Below are positions 10,185-20,504 of a stretch of 64,000 nucleotides of DNA, piece after piece. The number at the start of each line of letters is the position of its first letter. The first letter of the stretch is position 1. Below the pieces are notes generated by a model. That model saw only the letters and a list, made by a program, of their open reading frames with translations. It had not been told where the DNA came from and made no database searches. The translations under genes were made by a program, and so were the position numbers. Where the stretch lies: NCBI RefSeq assembly GCF_910588395.1, contig NZ_CAJUPA010000004.1, positions 18,088 to 82,087 of the forward strand, read 5' to 3'. Origin of the DNA: an uncultured Faecalibaculum sp. GTDB taxonomy: Bacteria > Bacillota_I > Bacilli_A > Erysipelotrichales > Erysipelotrichaceae.

Positions 10185-10562
10185 TTACGATCTGAGCCGC
10201 TGGCTGAAGTCCTCCCAGGTGGCTGCATTCTTTTCCAGCATGCCCCGGGCGGTCTGTTCTCCCAGACCGGACAGCTGCCACCGGATTTTCCGCTGGCGGC
10301 CTGCATCCTCCGGATTTTCCCGGACATAGCCTTTTTTGCTGAGAGATTTCATGGTGCGGGATATCTGCGCCTTGTCCCGCTCCGATGCACCAGCCAGATC
10401 GCTGACAGAAAGGCCATCGGGATGGTACATCAGAGTCTGCAGACAGACGATTTCGGCACCCCGCAGGTCAAGATCGCTGAGCTGTGCGTTGGCGGATTCC
10501 CGGTATTCCTTCACCAGGTTTTCCATGGTCAGAAACAACCGCTGCAGAGCGTCTGCTGTCAT
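10185..10562 (-). CDS. MarR family transcriptional regulator
   Basis: Winged HTH: GLSVSDLA...DKAQISRTMKSLSKKGYV...LSGLG. Confidence 0.88.
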   Translation of the reverse strand: MTADALQRLFLTMENLVKEYRESANAQLSDLDLRGAEIVCLQTLMYHPDGLSVSDLAGASERDKAQISRTMKSLSKKGYVRENPEDAGRQRKIRWQLSGLGEQTARGMLEKNAATWEDFSQRLRS

Positions 10563-10565
10563 ATG

Positions 10566-10634
10566 CGTGATCTCCTGTCTATCTGCATCGTGATCTCCTG
10601 TCTATCTGCATCGTGATCTCCTGTCTATCTGCAT
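10566..10634. repeat. 23-bp perfect tandem repeat x3 containing the marR RBS
   Basis: CGTGATCTCCTGTCTATCTGCAT at 10566, 10589 and 10612. Confidence 0.97.
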
Positions 10635-10754
10635 ACAGTGTAGGAAATATTCAGCATTCTCTCAAATGTTACGCTTTGTGCAATACATTCCAGCTGTATG
10701 AAAACAGGCGCCTGTCAGCTGCCGGCAATCCCCTGCCTGTCCGATGGATACAGC

Positions 10755-11338
10755 TTATTCGTTTTCCCTGCTGGAAACGATGGCTGCTTCCGGTTGGCAG
10801 AGATTCCGGTAAGGCACATCTTCCGGCTTATTCAGCGGAAACTCGGATTTGGCACGCACCTGATGGAGCGGACACACGATCCTGCCCATATACATATGAT
10901 CCTGCCCATATACATATTCGGGACAGAACTGGTGTGACGCGGTTCCATCTCTCTGGCATTGCAGTGCATGAGAACTTCATGGGCGTGGCGGAATTCCTCC
11001 AGCCGGTTGGCCGGATCCAGTATTTCCATGCTGCCTTTTGCCGTCATTCTGCGGTAGTCATGCCTGTGTCGTTTATATGGACTGTCCGGAAAATCCAGGA
11101 AACTGTGGAACTGCAGCGTGCAGCGGGGATCCCGGTGCATCAGATCCACTTTCTTTCCGCGTTTTGTAAAATGCACATAGACTCTCAGGTTCTTATCGTC
11201 CATTTCATAGCCGAAATTCATCGGAACTGAATACGGATGGCCATCCTCTCCATCCAGGGACAGAACCATGGTGGAAAACTGCGCCAGCATGGCATCAATC
11301 AGAACGGGATCCTTTACTTCTCTGTCAGATCGAATCAT
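10755..11338 (-). pseudogene. Pyridoxamine 5'-phosphate oxidase/NimA-like flavoprotein, C-terminus frameshifted by a 20-bp duplication
   Basis: MIRSDREV, PYSVPMNFGY, YVHFTKRGKK. As written it stops at 10832; removing one repeat copy reads to TAA at 10755. Confidence 0.72.
10878..10917. repeat. 20-bp perfect tandem duplication
   Basis: GATCCTGCCCATATACATAT x2. Confidence 0.97.
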
Positions 11339-11438
11339 CGTATTTCCGTTCCTGCCGGTCAGCCGGCTTTTTTTCTATCGTACCGGCAAGAGCGGATTCT
11401 GTCCGGCTGTCCGGGAAAAGTGCCGAAAAAAAGCGATG

Positions 11439-12233
11439 CTAAATCAGCACCGCTCTGTCGTCGGAGAATTCTTCGTTGGCTGCTTCCCGGAACTTCTGAT
11501 GAAGAGCATCCACAGTCAGCTTTTTCTTTTCCTCACCCCGGACATCCAGAATGATTTTCCCGTCATACATCATGATCAGCCGGTTGCCGATGCGGATGGC
11601 ATCATTCATGTTGTGCGTGATCATCAGCGTCGTCAGCTGTTCTTCCTGCACGATTTCCTCTGTCAGTTCCAGTACCTTTCTGGCTGTCAGCGGATCCAGC
11701 GCAGCTGTGTGCTCATCCAGCAGCAGCAGTTCCGGACGCTGCAGGCTGGCCATCAGCAGCGTCAGCGCCTGTCTCTGACCACCGGACAGCAGACCGACTT
11801 TGGCTGTCAGCCTGTCTTCCAGCCCCAGTCCCAGTCTGGACAGCTGCTTTTTGAAGTCTTCCTTCTCCTGGGCTGTCACATTCCAGCGCAGCCCCCTGGG
11901 CTTGCCCCGTCGGTTGGCCATGGCCATGTTCTCATAAATCGCCATGTCCCCGGCTGTGCCCATGAGCGGATCCTGGAAAACCCGGCCGATGAAGCGGGCC
12001 CGCCTGAATTCCGGATCCGTGGACATGTCCTTGCCATTGAGCACGATGTGACCGCAGTCAATGGGATACACCCCGGCGATCATATTCAGCAATGTGCTTT
12101 TGCCTGCACCGTTGCCGCCCACGACTGTGACAAAGTCCCCGTCCTCCAGCCGGAGGCTGATGTCCTCCAGCGCCTTCTTTTCGTTGACGGTTCCGGGGTT
12201 GAACGTTTTGGATACGTGTTTCACTTCAAGCAT
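11439..12233 (-). CDS. ABC transporter ATP-binding protein (putative Trp/Tyr-type system)
   Basis: GGNGAGKST, LSGGQRQ, LLLDEHTAALD; KTFNPGTVNE N-terminus. Confidence 0.93.
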   Translation of the reverse strand: MLEVKHVSKTFNPGTVNEKKALEDISLRLEDGDFVTVVGGNGAGKSTLLNMIAGVYPIDCGHIVLNGKDMSTDPEFRRARFIGRVFQDPLMGTAGDMAIYENMAMANRRGKPRGLRWNVTAQEKEDFKKQLSRLGLGLEDRLTAKVGLLSGGQRQALTLLMASLQRPELLLLDEHTAALDPLTARKVLELTEEIVQEEQLTTLMITHNMNDAIRIGNRLIMMYDGKIILDVRGEEKKKLTVDALHQKFREAANEEFSDDRAVLI

Positions 12234-13191
12234 CGAACGGTTCCTCCACTGCATCTGCCGCTGCGGTCAGGCGTCTGTAGGTGGCGCTCTGCCGGCGTTT
12301 GTCCATGATCACCGGAATGGTCAGCGCCACACCCACCAGAATGGCGGTGAACAGTTTCAGGTTGTCGGCATTCAGACCCAGCTGCAGGACCACTGCCACA
12401 ATGATACGGTAGATGATGGATCCCACAATGATGGAAATCAGACGACGCAGGAATCCGCCCTTGCGGCCAAAGATCACCTCGCCGATGACAATGGAAGCCA
12501 GGGCGATGACAATGGCACCAATGCCCATCTTCACATCTGCATACCCCTGCTGCTGGGCAACCAGTGCGCCGGAGAGGCAGATGAAGGCATTGGACAGAAT
12601 CAGTGCCATGATGTTGGTTTTGTTTGTGGAGACACCATTGGCCCGGACCATGCTGGCGTTGTTGCCGGTGGCCCGGATCGTGGCACCGGTTTCCGTGCCG
12701 AAGAACCAGTAGGCAAAGGCAATGACAATCACGGCAAACAGCAGGCCGATCAGCAGGCAGACCAGATTGTTGGTGGTCAGCCAGCGGGAAATGGCCCGGG
12801 GCAGATGAATGGCATCACCGAGACGGCTGAAAATGGTGTCCACTTTCAGAAGCGGCAGATTGGACTTGTCCATGATCATCAGATTGATGGAGTACAGTCC
12901 GATCTGCGTCAGGATCCCTGCCAGGATCGGCGGGATTTTGCACATGGTATGCAGCAGCCCGGTGCAGGCGCCGCACAGGCACCCGGCCAGGATGGCCACC
13001 GGCAGCGTGAGCCAGGGATCCACCCCGTTCACAATGAGAATCGCAGATACAGCGCCGCCGGTGGCAAAGCTGCCGTCCACGGTCAGATCCGCAAAATCCA
13101 GGATCCGGAAGGTGATGTATACGCCCAGGGCCATGATGCCCCAGAGAATGCCCTGTCCGATGGCACCTTCGATGGAAAGAAGAACGCCCAT
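12226..13191 (-). CDS. ABC transporter permease (putative Trp/Tyr-type system)
   Basis: FRILDFADLTVDGSF, IRATGNN, QQGYADVKMGIG. Confidence 0.92.
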   Translation of the reverse strand: MGVLLSIEGAIGQGILWGIMALGVYITFRILDFADLTVDGSFATGGAVSAILIVNGVDPWLTLPVAILAGCLCGACTGLLHTMCKIPPILAGILTQIGLYSINLMIMDKSNLPLLKVDTIFSRLGDAIHLPRAISRWLTTNNLVCLLIGLLFAVIVIAFAYWFFGTETGATIRATGNNASMVRANGVSTNKTNIMALILSNAFICLSGALVAQQQGYADVKMGIGAIVIALASIVIGEVIFGRKGGFLRRLISIIVGSIIYRIIVAVVLQLGLNADNLKLFTAILVGVALTIPVIMDKRRQSATYRRLTAAADAVEEPFDA

Positions 13192-13192
13192 T

Positions 13193-14197
13193 TTACTCCT
13201 CTTCTGTAATGAATTCGGCTTTGTCCTTCAGGGAAGCCGGCAGTTCGATGCCCAGGCTGTTCAGCGTGGACTGGTTGACAATGAGTTCGCACTTGTCATC
13301 CGGGTAGTAGGCAATGGCCATGTCGGCCGGATCAGCACCGTTTTCCAGAATGTCAATGGCCTGGTTGGCGGCGAGAACGCCCAGTTCGTAGTAGTCGATG
13401 CCGTTGGTCATCAGACCGCCGGATTCCACCATGCCTTCTTCGCCGACAATGGTGGGGATGTGGTTTTCCGTGGCCACTTTGCTCAGGGTGCTCATGCCTT
13501 CCGCCAGCAGGTTGTCCGTAGGCACATAGATCGCGTCCACTTTGCCGATCAGGGATTCTGTCACCTGCTGGATCTGGTTGGAGTCCGTCACTGTGGCAAC
13601 CTGGTATTCCAGGCCTTCCTTCTCACAGGCTTTCTGCGCCAGTTCCGCCTGAATGCGGCTGTTGTCTTCCGCGTTGCAGTACATGATGGCGATCTTCTTC
13701 GCATCCGGCAGCAGTTCCTTCAGCAGGCTGATCTGGCTTTCCACCGGTGTCAGGTCGCTGGCGCCAGTCACATTTCCGCCGGGCTTGTCGTTGCTGTCTG
13801 CCAGCCCGGAAGCGGCAGGATCGGTCACGGCGCTGACCACGATGGGAATGTCGGAGGTTTCGTTGGCTGCAGCCTGGGCCGCGGGTGTGGCGATGGCGTA
13901 AATCAGATCATCCCCGCCGTTGACGAAGGTCTGGGCAATGGTGGTGCAGTTGGACTGATCGCCCTGGGCATTTTTGTAGTCGAAGCTGTCCTTCGAATAC
14001 CCGGCGTCTTCCATGGTTTCCACAAATCCTTTATAGGAAGCATCCAGAGCGGGGTGTTCCGCGAACTGAACGATGCCGATTTTGGCGGTCTTGCCTTCCT
14101 GACCTGCGTCGCCCCCGGCTGTGTCCGTGCTTCCGGAACAGCCTGCCAGCACCATGGCAGCAGTCACAATTGCGGTGCATGTGAATGGTTTTTTCAT
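13193..14197 (-). CDS. ABC transporter substrate-binding lipoprotein (putative aromatic amino acid)
   Basis: LAGC lipobox, QFAEHPALD, AIATPAAQ, AVTDP, GNVTGASD. Confidence 0.92.
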   Translation of the reverse strand: MKKPFTCTAIVTAAMVLAGCSGSTDTAGGDAGQEGKTAKIGIVQFAEHPALDASYKGFVETMEDAGYSKDSFDYKNAQGDQSNCTTIAQTFVNGGDDLIYAIATPAAQAAANETSDIPIVVSAVTDPAASGLADSNDKPGGNVTGASDLTPVESQISLLKELLPDAKKIAIMYCNAEDNSRIQAELAQKACEKEGLEYQVATVTDSNQIQQVTESLIGKVDAIYVPTDNLLAEGMSTLSKVATENHIPTIVGEEGMVESGGLMTNGIDYYELGVLAANQAIDILENGADPADMAIAYYPDDKCELIVNQSTLNSLGIELPASLKDKAEFITEEE

Positions 14198-14396
14198 GAA
14201 ATTTCTCTCCCTTTCATAATTTTCAATGTTTACATTCTACTCTCAGGACGACAGTTTGTATAGAAATCTCCGGTACTTTCCGGTGACAGAGGGCACAGTT
14301 GTCACCGCTTCCGGAAAAATGCAAAGGCTGAAAACGCTGATTTGACCTTTTCAGTTTCCGGTGCTGATTTTCAGAATGAAAATTTCAGGAAAACAT

Positions 14397-14424
14397 TTGA
14401 AATGATTTTCAATGTGTCTATAAT
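14397..14424 (+). promoter_or_regulatory. Putative sigma-A promoter of the opp operon
   Basis: TTGAAA-16-TATAAT. Confidence 0.5.
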
Positions 14425-14475
14425 GTTGACATACGTGTTCACGCGGTGGACACGAAAGAGGAGGAAATACGGGAT

Positions 14476-16122
14476 ATGAAGAAATTTGTATCTGCAGCGT
14501 GCACCGGCCTGGTCTGCCTGTCCATGGCAGCCTGCGGATCGGGAGCTTCCGGCTCCGGCGCTGCCGGATCTGATGGAGGCTCCGGGGACAGCAAGAAACG
14601 GATCACGCTGGCCAAGGAGAACGATGTCATTTCCATGAACACAGCCTATGCCACAGACGGCTTTTCATTTGAAATGATCGCCGCCACCGTGGATGGTCTG
14701 GAAGCCATGGACAAGGACGGCAATGTCGTGCCGGCTCTGGCTGAAAGCTATGACATCTCGGATGACGAACTGACTTATACATTCCATCTGCGGGATGCGA
14801 ACTGGTCCAACGGCGACCCCGTGACTGCCGGAGACTTCGTCTTCGCCTGGAACGAAACCGCCAAGAGTCCGGAAGCGGAATATGCCTATCTGTTCACACA
14901 GGACGGCGCCTGCATCAAAAATGCGGATGAGATCGTATATGACCAGAAAGACACGGATCTGGGCATCAAGGCAGTGGACGACAAGACACTGGAAGTGCAG
15001 CTCTCCAAAAAGTGCCCCTACTTCCTGTCCCTGCTGACATTCCCGGTGTTCTACCCGATCAACCAGGAATTCTTTGAAGAACAGGGCGATCAGTACGCCC
15101 TGACCCCGGATGGTCTGCTGGCCTGTGGCCCCTACGTCCTGACAGAATGGACAAAGGGTCAGAGCCTGAAGCTGGACAAGAACCAGGACTACTGGGATGC
15201 GGACAACGTGGCCATTGACGGCATGGATGTCAACATCGTTCCGGAAGTCTCCACGTCTGCCCTGGACTTCGAAAACGGCAACACCGACTGGACCAAGCTG
15301 AACTCCACGCTGGTGGACAAGTACAAGGACAACGAAGCCTACGACACCTTCCTGGAAGGCTACCTGTGGTACCTGCAGTTCAACATGAACAACGAGTACC
15401 TGAAAAACGACAACCTGCGCAAAGCCATCGGCACTGTGGTGGACCGGGACAACCTGGTCAACAACGTCCTGAAAGACGGTTCCATCAACATCGGCGGATT
15501 CGTGCCCCAGGACTTCACCACCGGTCCTGACGGCAAGGATTACCGCGAGACAGCCGACAAGTTCTACACGGAAGTCGGCGAAGACGGTCTGAAGGCCGCA
15601 CAGGAATACTGGGACAAGGCGAAGAAAGAGCTGGGCGTGGACAAGATCACGCTGAAGATGCTCTACGAACCTTCCGATCCTTCCAAACCCGCCGCGGAAT
15701 TCATCCAGAGCGAGATTCAGAAACTGGACGGCATCACCATTGAAATGGTCAGCCAGGAAAAGGAAAACCGGATCGAGAAGCAGAAACAGGGCGACTTTGA
15801 CATCGTGCTCACCCGCTGGGGACCTGACTACGCCGACCCCACCACATATCTGAACCTGATGATCACGGGCAACGCCTACAACTACGGCAAATATTCCAGC
15901 GAGGAATATGATGCCAAGATGAAGGAAGCGGCAGAAGCGGAAACACCGGAAGAACGCTGGACGCTGCTGCAGGAAGCCGAGAAGATCCTGATGGAGGATT
16001 CTCCGGTTGTGGGTATCTTCCAGGTAGGCGGTGCTTCCCTGAAGAACCCCAAAGTCACAGGCATCGAAGACCACTCCTTCGGTGTCCCCTACATCTACAA
16101 GAACGTGAAAATCGAAGAGTAA
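14476..16122 (+). CDS. oppA: Oligopeptide ABC transporter substrate-binding lipoprotein
   Basis: MAAC lipobox, YTFHLRDANWSNGDPVTAGDF, WGPDYADP; GAGGAGG RBS. Confidence 0.93.
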   Translation: MKKFVSAACTGLVCLSMAACGSGASGSGAAGSDGGSGDSKKRITLAKENDVISMNTAYATDGFSFEMIAATVDGLEAMDKDGNVVPALAESYDISDDELTYTFHLRDANWSNGDPVTAGDFVFAWNETAKSPEAEYAYLFTQDGACIKNADEIVYDQKDTDLGIKAVDDKTLEVQLSKKCPYFLSLLTFPVFYPINQEFFEEQGDQYALTPDGLLACGPYVLTEWTKGQSLKLDKNQDYWDADNVAIDGMDVNIVPEVSTSALDFENGNTDWTKLNSTLVDKYKDNEAYDTFLEGYLWYLQFNMNNEYLKNDNLRKAIGTVVDRDNLVNNVLKDGSINIGGFVPQDFTTGPDGKDYRETADKFYTEVGEDGLKAAQEYWDKAKKELGVDKITLKMLYEPSDPSKPAAEFIQSEIQKLDGITIEMVSQEKENRIEKQKQGDFDIVLTRWGPDYADPTTYLNLMITGNAYNYGKYSSEEYDAKMKEAAEAETPEERWTLLQEAEKILMEDSPVVGIFQVGGASLKNPKVTGIEDHSFGVPYIYKNVKIEE

Positions 16123-16190
16123 CGATCAGGGTGGATCGAGCTGCCAACTGGCAGCTCTTTCTTGTTTGCCAGTGATCAGAAAGGAAAAAC

Positions 16191-17138
16191 ATGGACAAGT
16201 CAACGATCAAATACATATTGAAGCGTCTGGCGATTTCTGTGGTGACTCTGCTGGTGATCGTCCTGGTGCTGTTCCTGCTCATGAAAATGATGCCAGGCAC
16301 ACCGTTCAATGACGAAAAACTGACTGAGACGCAGAAAGCAGCCATTTACGCAGCGTACGGACTGGACAAGCCGGTGCTGGAACAGTTCTGGATTTACATC
16401 TGCAACATGCTGAAGGGTGACTTCGGCATCTCCTATGCCATTCAGCGGAACATGAGCGTCTCCGCCCTTGTGGGACCACGCATTGGTGTCTCCTTCGGTC
16501 TGGGCATCGGCGCGGTCATCATCGGTACCATTTTCGGCATTCTGCTTGGTATCGTGGCGGCCCTGAACCGCAACACTTTCTGGGATACCTTCGCCACGGT
16601 GCTTTCCGTCATCGGTGTCTCCATCCCCTCTTTCGTATTCTGCCTGCTGCTGCTGATCCTGCTGGGTGTGCAGTGGCCTGTGCTGCCGGTTCTGTACAAT
16701 TCCAGCAACCCGCTTCAGTCCTCGATCATTCCCATGGTGGCGCTGAGCATGGGTGTCATAGCCAACGTGGCCCGGTTCACCCGGTCGGAGATGATTGAAG
16801 TCATGGGCAGCGAATACATTCAGCTGGCGGAAGCCAAGGGCATTTCCCGCCGCCATCTGATTTTCCACCATGCGATCCGCAACTGTCTGATTCCCGTCAT
16901 CACCGTTCTGGGTCCCATCATTGTCGGGCTCATGACCGGATCGATGGTCATCGAGAAAATCTGCGCGATTCCGGGCCTGGGGTCGCTGCTGGTCAAAGCC
17001 ATTGAAGTGCGTGACTACAACGTTATCCTGGCTGTTTCCTTCCTTTATTCAGTTCTCTACATCGTCGTGATGCTGATCGTGGATGTTGCCTACGGCATCA
17101 TCGATCCGCGGATCCGGCTTGGAAAGGATGAAGCATAA
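16191..17138 (+). CDS. oppB: Oligopeptide ABC permease
   Basis: YGLDKP, GDFGIS, EAA-like loop, IDPRIR. Confidence 0.93.
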   Translation: MDKSTIKYILKRLAISVVTLLVIVLVLFLLMKMMPGTPFNDEKLTETQKAAIYAAYGLDKPVLEQFWIYICNMLKGDFGISYAIQRNMSVSALVGPRIGVSFGLGIGAVIIGTIFGILLGIVAALNRNTFWDTFATVLSVIGVSIPSFVFCLLLLILLGVQWPVLPVLYNSSNPLQSSIIPMVALSMGVIANVARFTRSEMIEVMGSEYIQLAEAKGISRRHLIFHHAIRNCLIPVITVLGPIIVGLMTGSMVIEKICAIPGLGSLLVKAIEVRDYNVILAVSFLYSVLYIVVMLIVDVAYGIIDPRIRLGKDEA

Positions 17139-18181
17139 TGGCGAAAATTGTCAGAAACCAGAAAGACTTCGATGAATTTCTCGAAGGCTATCACATGATG
17201 CCCCAGGACTATGAACTGATTGATATCCCGGAACGGTTCGATCATGATGAAGTGGCTCCCTCCTCCACGTTCATGCACGATGTCTGGGTCCGGTTCAAGT
17301 CCAACAAAGGCGCGCTGATCGGCGCCACTGTCATTGTCATTTTCCTGATTCTTTCCTTCCTCTGCCCCGCAGTCTCCCACTACACATTTGACGGCGTGGA
17401 CACGGCGCAGCAGTCCATGTCTCCCCGGATTCCGGGACTGGAATGGATTCCCTGGTTCTCCGGTCAGTCCGGCATTGTCCAGTACACCGGCGACCTGGCC
17501 GGCACCTATCATTTCTTCGGCACGGATGTTCTGGGACGCGACCTGTGGGTCCGCTGCTGGGAAGGCTGCCGGATTTCCCTGTTCGTTGCCGGCACCGCCG
17601 TGCTGGTCAATGTATTCATCGGCATTCTGTACGGCATGATTTCCGGCTACTTCGGCGGCTGGGTGGATTCCATCATGCAGCGGTTCCAGGAAATCGTGAA
17701 CTCGATCCCGACACTGGTCATTCTGACCCTGCTGCTGCTGGTCATGAAGCCGGGGCTGTACACCATCATCGTGGCACTGATCCTGACGGAATGGATCGGC
17801 ATGGCCCGGATCACCCGGGCGCAGGTGCTGAAGATCAAGGAGCAGGAATTCATTCTTGCTTCCCGCACCCTGGGCGCTTCGGGATTCTTCATCATCTTCA
17901 AGAAAGTGCTGCCCAACATCTTCGGCCAGATCATCATCATGGCCATGTTCTCGATCCCCAACGCGATTTTCTATGAAGCCTTCCTGGCCATGGTCGGTCT
18001 GGGCATTCCCGCGCCGCAGGCTTCCCTGGGTTCGCTGATCAATGACGGCTTCAAGTCGATTCTCGTCACGCCCTATCAGGTTGTGATCCCTGTGGTCATT
18101 CTGGGTATTCTGATGCTGTCATTCAACATGATGGCAGATGGCCTGCGGGATGCCTTCGACCCGAAGATGAAAGAGATGTAA
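17138..18181 (+). CDS. oppC: Oligopeptide ABC permease
   Basis: FGTDVLGRD, EFILASRTLGAS, DGLRDAFDPK. Confidence 0.93.
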   Translation: MAKIVRNQKDFDEFLEGYHMMPQDYELIDIPERFDHDEVAPSSTFMHDVWVRFKSNKGALIGATVIVIFLILSFLCPAVSHYTFDGVDTAQQSMSPRIPGLEWIPWFSGQSGIVQYTGDLAGTYHFFGTDVLGRDLWVRCWEGCRISLFVAGTAVLVNVFIGILYGMISGYFGGWVDSIMQRFQEIVNSIPTLVILTLLLLVMKPGLYTIIVALILTEWIGMARITRAQVLKIKEQEFILASRTLGASGFFIIFKKVLPNIFGQIIIMAMFSIPNAIFYEAFLAMVGLGIPAPQASLGSLINDGFKSILVTPYQVVIPVVILGILMLSFNMMADGLRDAFDPKMKEM

Positions 18182-18190
18182 GGAGGATTT

Positions 18191-19339
18191 ATGAGCGAAA
18201 AACAGCCTATACTGAAAATCCGGGATCTGGACATCTCCTTCAAGACCGACGGCGGAAATGTCAAGGCGGTCCGTGGTGTGGATCTGGATCTGCACCGGGG
18301 CGAGACCATTGCCATCGTGGGCGAATCCGGTTCCGGAAAATCCGTAACCACCAAAGCCGTCATGGGTATCCTGGCAGGCAATGGCACCATCAACAACGGT
18401 ACGATTGAGTACACGTATGCGGACCTGAGTCCCGAGCGGATCACCGAAGTGCAGGAGAAATACGACGGTGTCATTCCGGAAGGCTACCTGAAGCCGGAAG
18501 AGCTGAAGACAGTGGACATCGTCAAGAGCACGCCGAAATTCATCCAGTCCGAGATCCGCGGACGCCGCATTGCCATGGTGTTCCAGGATCCGATGACGTC
18601 CCTGGATCCCACCATGACCATCGGCAAGCAGGTCATGGAAGCCATGCGCTTTCACTACAACACGCCGAAAAAGGAAGCCTGGAAACGGGCGGTCCGGCTG
18701 CTGGAACTGGTTGGCATCACCGATGCGGAAAAGCGCATGAAGAACTATCCCCATCAGCTCTCCGGCGGCATGCGGCAGCGTGTGGTCATCGCCATTGCCC
18801 TGTCCTGCGATCCGGAAGTTCTGATCTGTGATGAACCCACCACCGCGCTGGACGTGACGATCCAGGCCAAGATTCTGGAGCTGATCAAGGAAATCCAGAA
18901 GAAAAAGGACCTGTCGGTTATCTACATCACCCACGATCTGGGGGTTGTGGCCAAGGTGGCGGATTACGTCAATGTCATGTATGCCGGCCGGATCATCGAG
19001 ACTGGCACAGTCAACGAGATTTTCTACGATCCCCGTCATCCCTATACCTGGGGTCTGCTGGCTTCCATGCCGGATGTGGATTCCAGCGATGATGAGCTGT
19101 ATACCATTCCCGGCACTCCGCCCAACATGCTGCATGAGCCCAAAGGTGACGCCTTCGCCCCCCGGAACCGGTTCGCGCTGAAGATTGATGAGAAACTGGC
19201 TCCGCCCATGTTCCAGCTGACGCCCACCCACAAAGTGGCTTCCTGGCTGGCGGCACCGGAGGCACCGAAGGTGGATATGCCCGAGGATCTGAAGAAACGG
19301 ATCGACCGCATGAAGAAGGAGGCGGATATCAATGTCTGA
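18191..19339 (+). CDS. oppD: Oligopeptide ABC ATP-binding protein
   Basis: [32 protein letters not shown]. Confidence 0.94.
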   Translation: MSEKQPILKIRDLDISFKTDGGNVKAVRGVDLDLHRGETIAIVGESGSGKSVTTKAVMGILAGNGTINNGTIEYTYADLSPERITEVQEKYDGVIPEGYLKPEELKTVDIVKSTPKFIQSEIRGRRIAMVFQDPMTSLDPTMTIGKQVMEAMRFHYNTPKKEAWKRAVRLLELVGITDAEKRMKNYPHQLSGGMRQRVVIAIALSCDPEVLICDEPTTALDVTIQAKILELIKEIQKKKDLSVIYITHDLGVVAKVADYVNVMYAGRIIETGTVNEIFYDPRHPYTWGLLASMPDVDSSDDELYTIPGTPPNMLHEPKGDAFAPRNRFALKIDEKLAPPMFQLTPTHKVASWLAAPEAPKVDMPEDLKKRIDRMKKEADINV

Positions 19340-20279
19340 ACGCATTCTGGATGTCAAAGGCCTCCGGCAGTATTTCCGAATCAGCCGGAAATTCACAGTA
19401 AAGGCCGTGGATGGCATCGACTTTCATATTGATGAAGGAGAGACCTATGGTCTGGTAGGTGAATCCGGTTCCGGCAAGTCCACCACCGGCCGCTCCATCA
19501 TCCGGCTGTATGACCCCACAGATGGACAGATCACCTTCTGCGGCCGGGATATCTCCGGCAAAATGAGCAAGGATGACGAACGGTTCCTTCACACGAACAT
19601 GCAGATGATTTTCCAGGACCCCATGGCGTGTCTGAACCCCAGGGAAAAAGTCATGGACATCATTGCGGAGGGACTGGACATCCACAAACTGTACAAAACC
19701 GAAGAGGAACGGAAGCAGAAAGTCTACGACATGCTGGAGCTGGTTGGTCTTTCCAAAGAACATGCCAACCGGTATCCTCACCAGTTTTCCGGCGGACAGC
19801 GGCAGCGGATCGGCATTGCCCGGGCGCTGGTCATGGATCCGCAGCTGATCATTGCGGATGAAGCGATCTCTGCCCTGGATGTATCCATTCAGGCGCAGGT
19901 GGTCAACCTGATGAAACAGATTCAGAAGAAATACAACACGGCGTTTCTGTTCATCGCCCATGACCTGTCCATGGTCAAGTACATCTCTGACCGGATCGGA
20001 GTCATGCACATGGGGCATCTGGTGGAGACCGGAACCACTGACGAGATTTTCCGCAATCCCATTCATCCCTACACCCGTTCCCTGCTCTCCGCCATTCCGG
20101 AGCCGAACCCGGTGGTGGAAAAAGAACGGATTTCCCTCTCCTATGACCAGAAGGAAGCCGGTGTGGACTACACCAAGGGTACCCGTCATCTGGTGGAGGG
20201 CGACCATTACGTTCTGGCTACAGACGAAGAATTCGACAAATGGACAAAGGAAGCGGCTGAATCACCGGTTCTGTCCTGA
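19332..20279 (+). CDS. oppF: Oligopeptide ABC ATP-binding protein
   Basis: [27 protein letters not shown]. Confidence 0.94.
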   Translation: MSERILDVKGLRQYFRISRKFTVKAVDGIDFHIDEGETYGLVGESGSGKSTTGRSIIRLYDPTDGQITFCGRDISGKMSKDDERFLHTNMQMIFQDPMACLNPREKVMDIIAEGLDIHKLYKTEEERKQKVYDMLELVGLSKEHANRYPHQFSGGQRQRIGIARALVMDPQLIIADEAISALDVSIQAQVVNLMKQIQKKYNTAFLFIAHDLSMVKYISDRIGVMHMGHLVETGTTDEIFRNPIHPYTRSLLSAIPEPNPVVEKERISLSYDQKEAGVDYTKGTRHLVEGDHYVLATDEEFDKWTKEAAESPVLS

Positions 20280-20305
20280 AACAGCCATCTGACGCAACTT
20301 TATCA

Positions 20306-20334
20306 CCGGGAGATAGACGTCTCCCGGCTTTTTT
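20306..20334 (+). terminator. opp operon terminator
   Basis: CCGGGAGA-N6-TCTCCCGG followed by T6. Confidence 0.8.
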
Positions 20335-20382
20335 CTGCATACTGCTGTCTGACAGGCTGTGAAAGAACGGTCCCTGCACCTT

Positions 20383-20424
20383 AAAAGGGCTGTACCCAGT
20401 CAATCCTCCGGGTACAGCCCTTTT
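20383..20424. terminator. Bidirectional terminator-like hairpin
   Basis: AAAAGGGCTGTACCC-N12-GGGTACAGCCCTTTT. Confidence 0.7.
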
Positions 20425-20504
20425 CATATATACAGATCAGCGTCTGACTGCACAGCTTCAGACCTGTATTGGCGGTCTGAAGCGATGGTTCGTGCTGTTT
20501 TCCG

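Noticed and set aside
10566..10634. Possible CRISPR array
   Set aside because: The repeats are contiguous with no spacers, and there are no cas genes
14366..14394. CodY boxes upstream of opp
   Set aside because: Only 10-11 of 15 matches in AT-rich DNA, too weak to call
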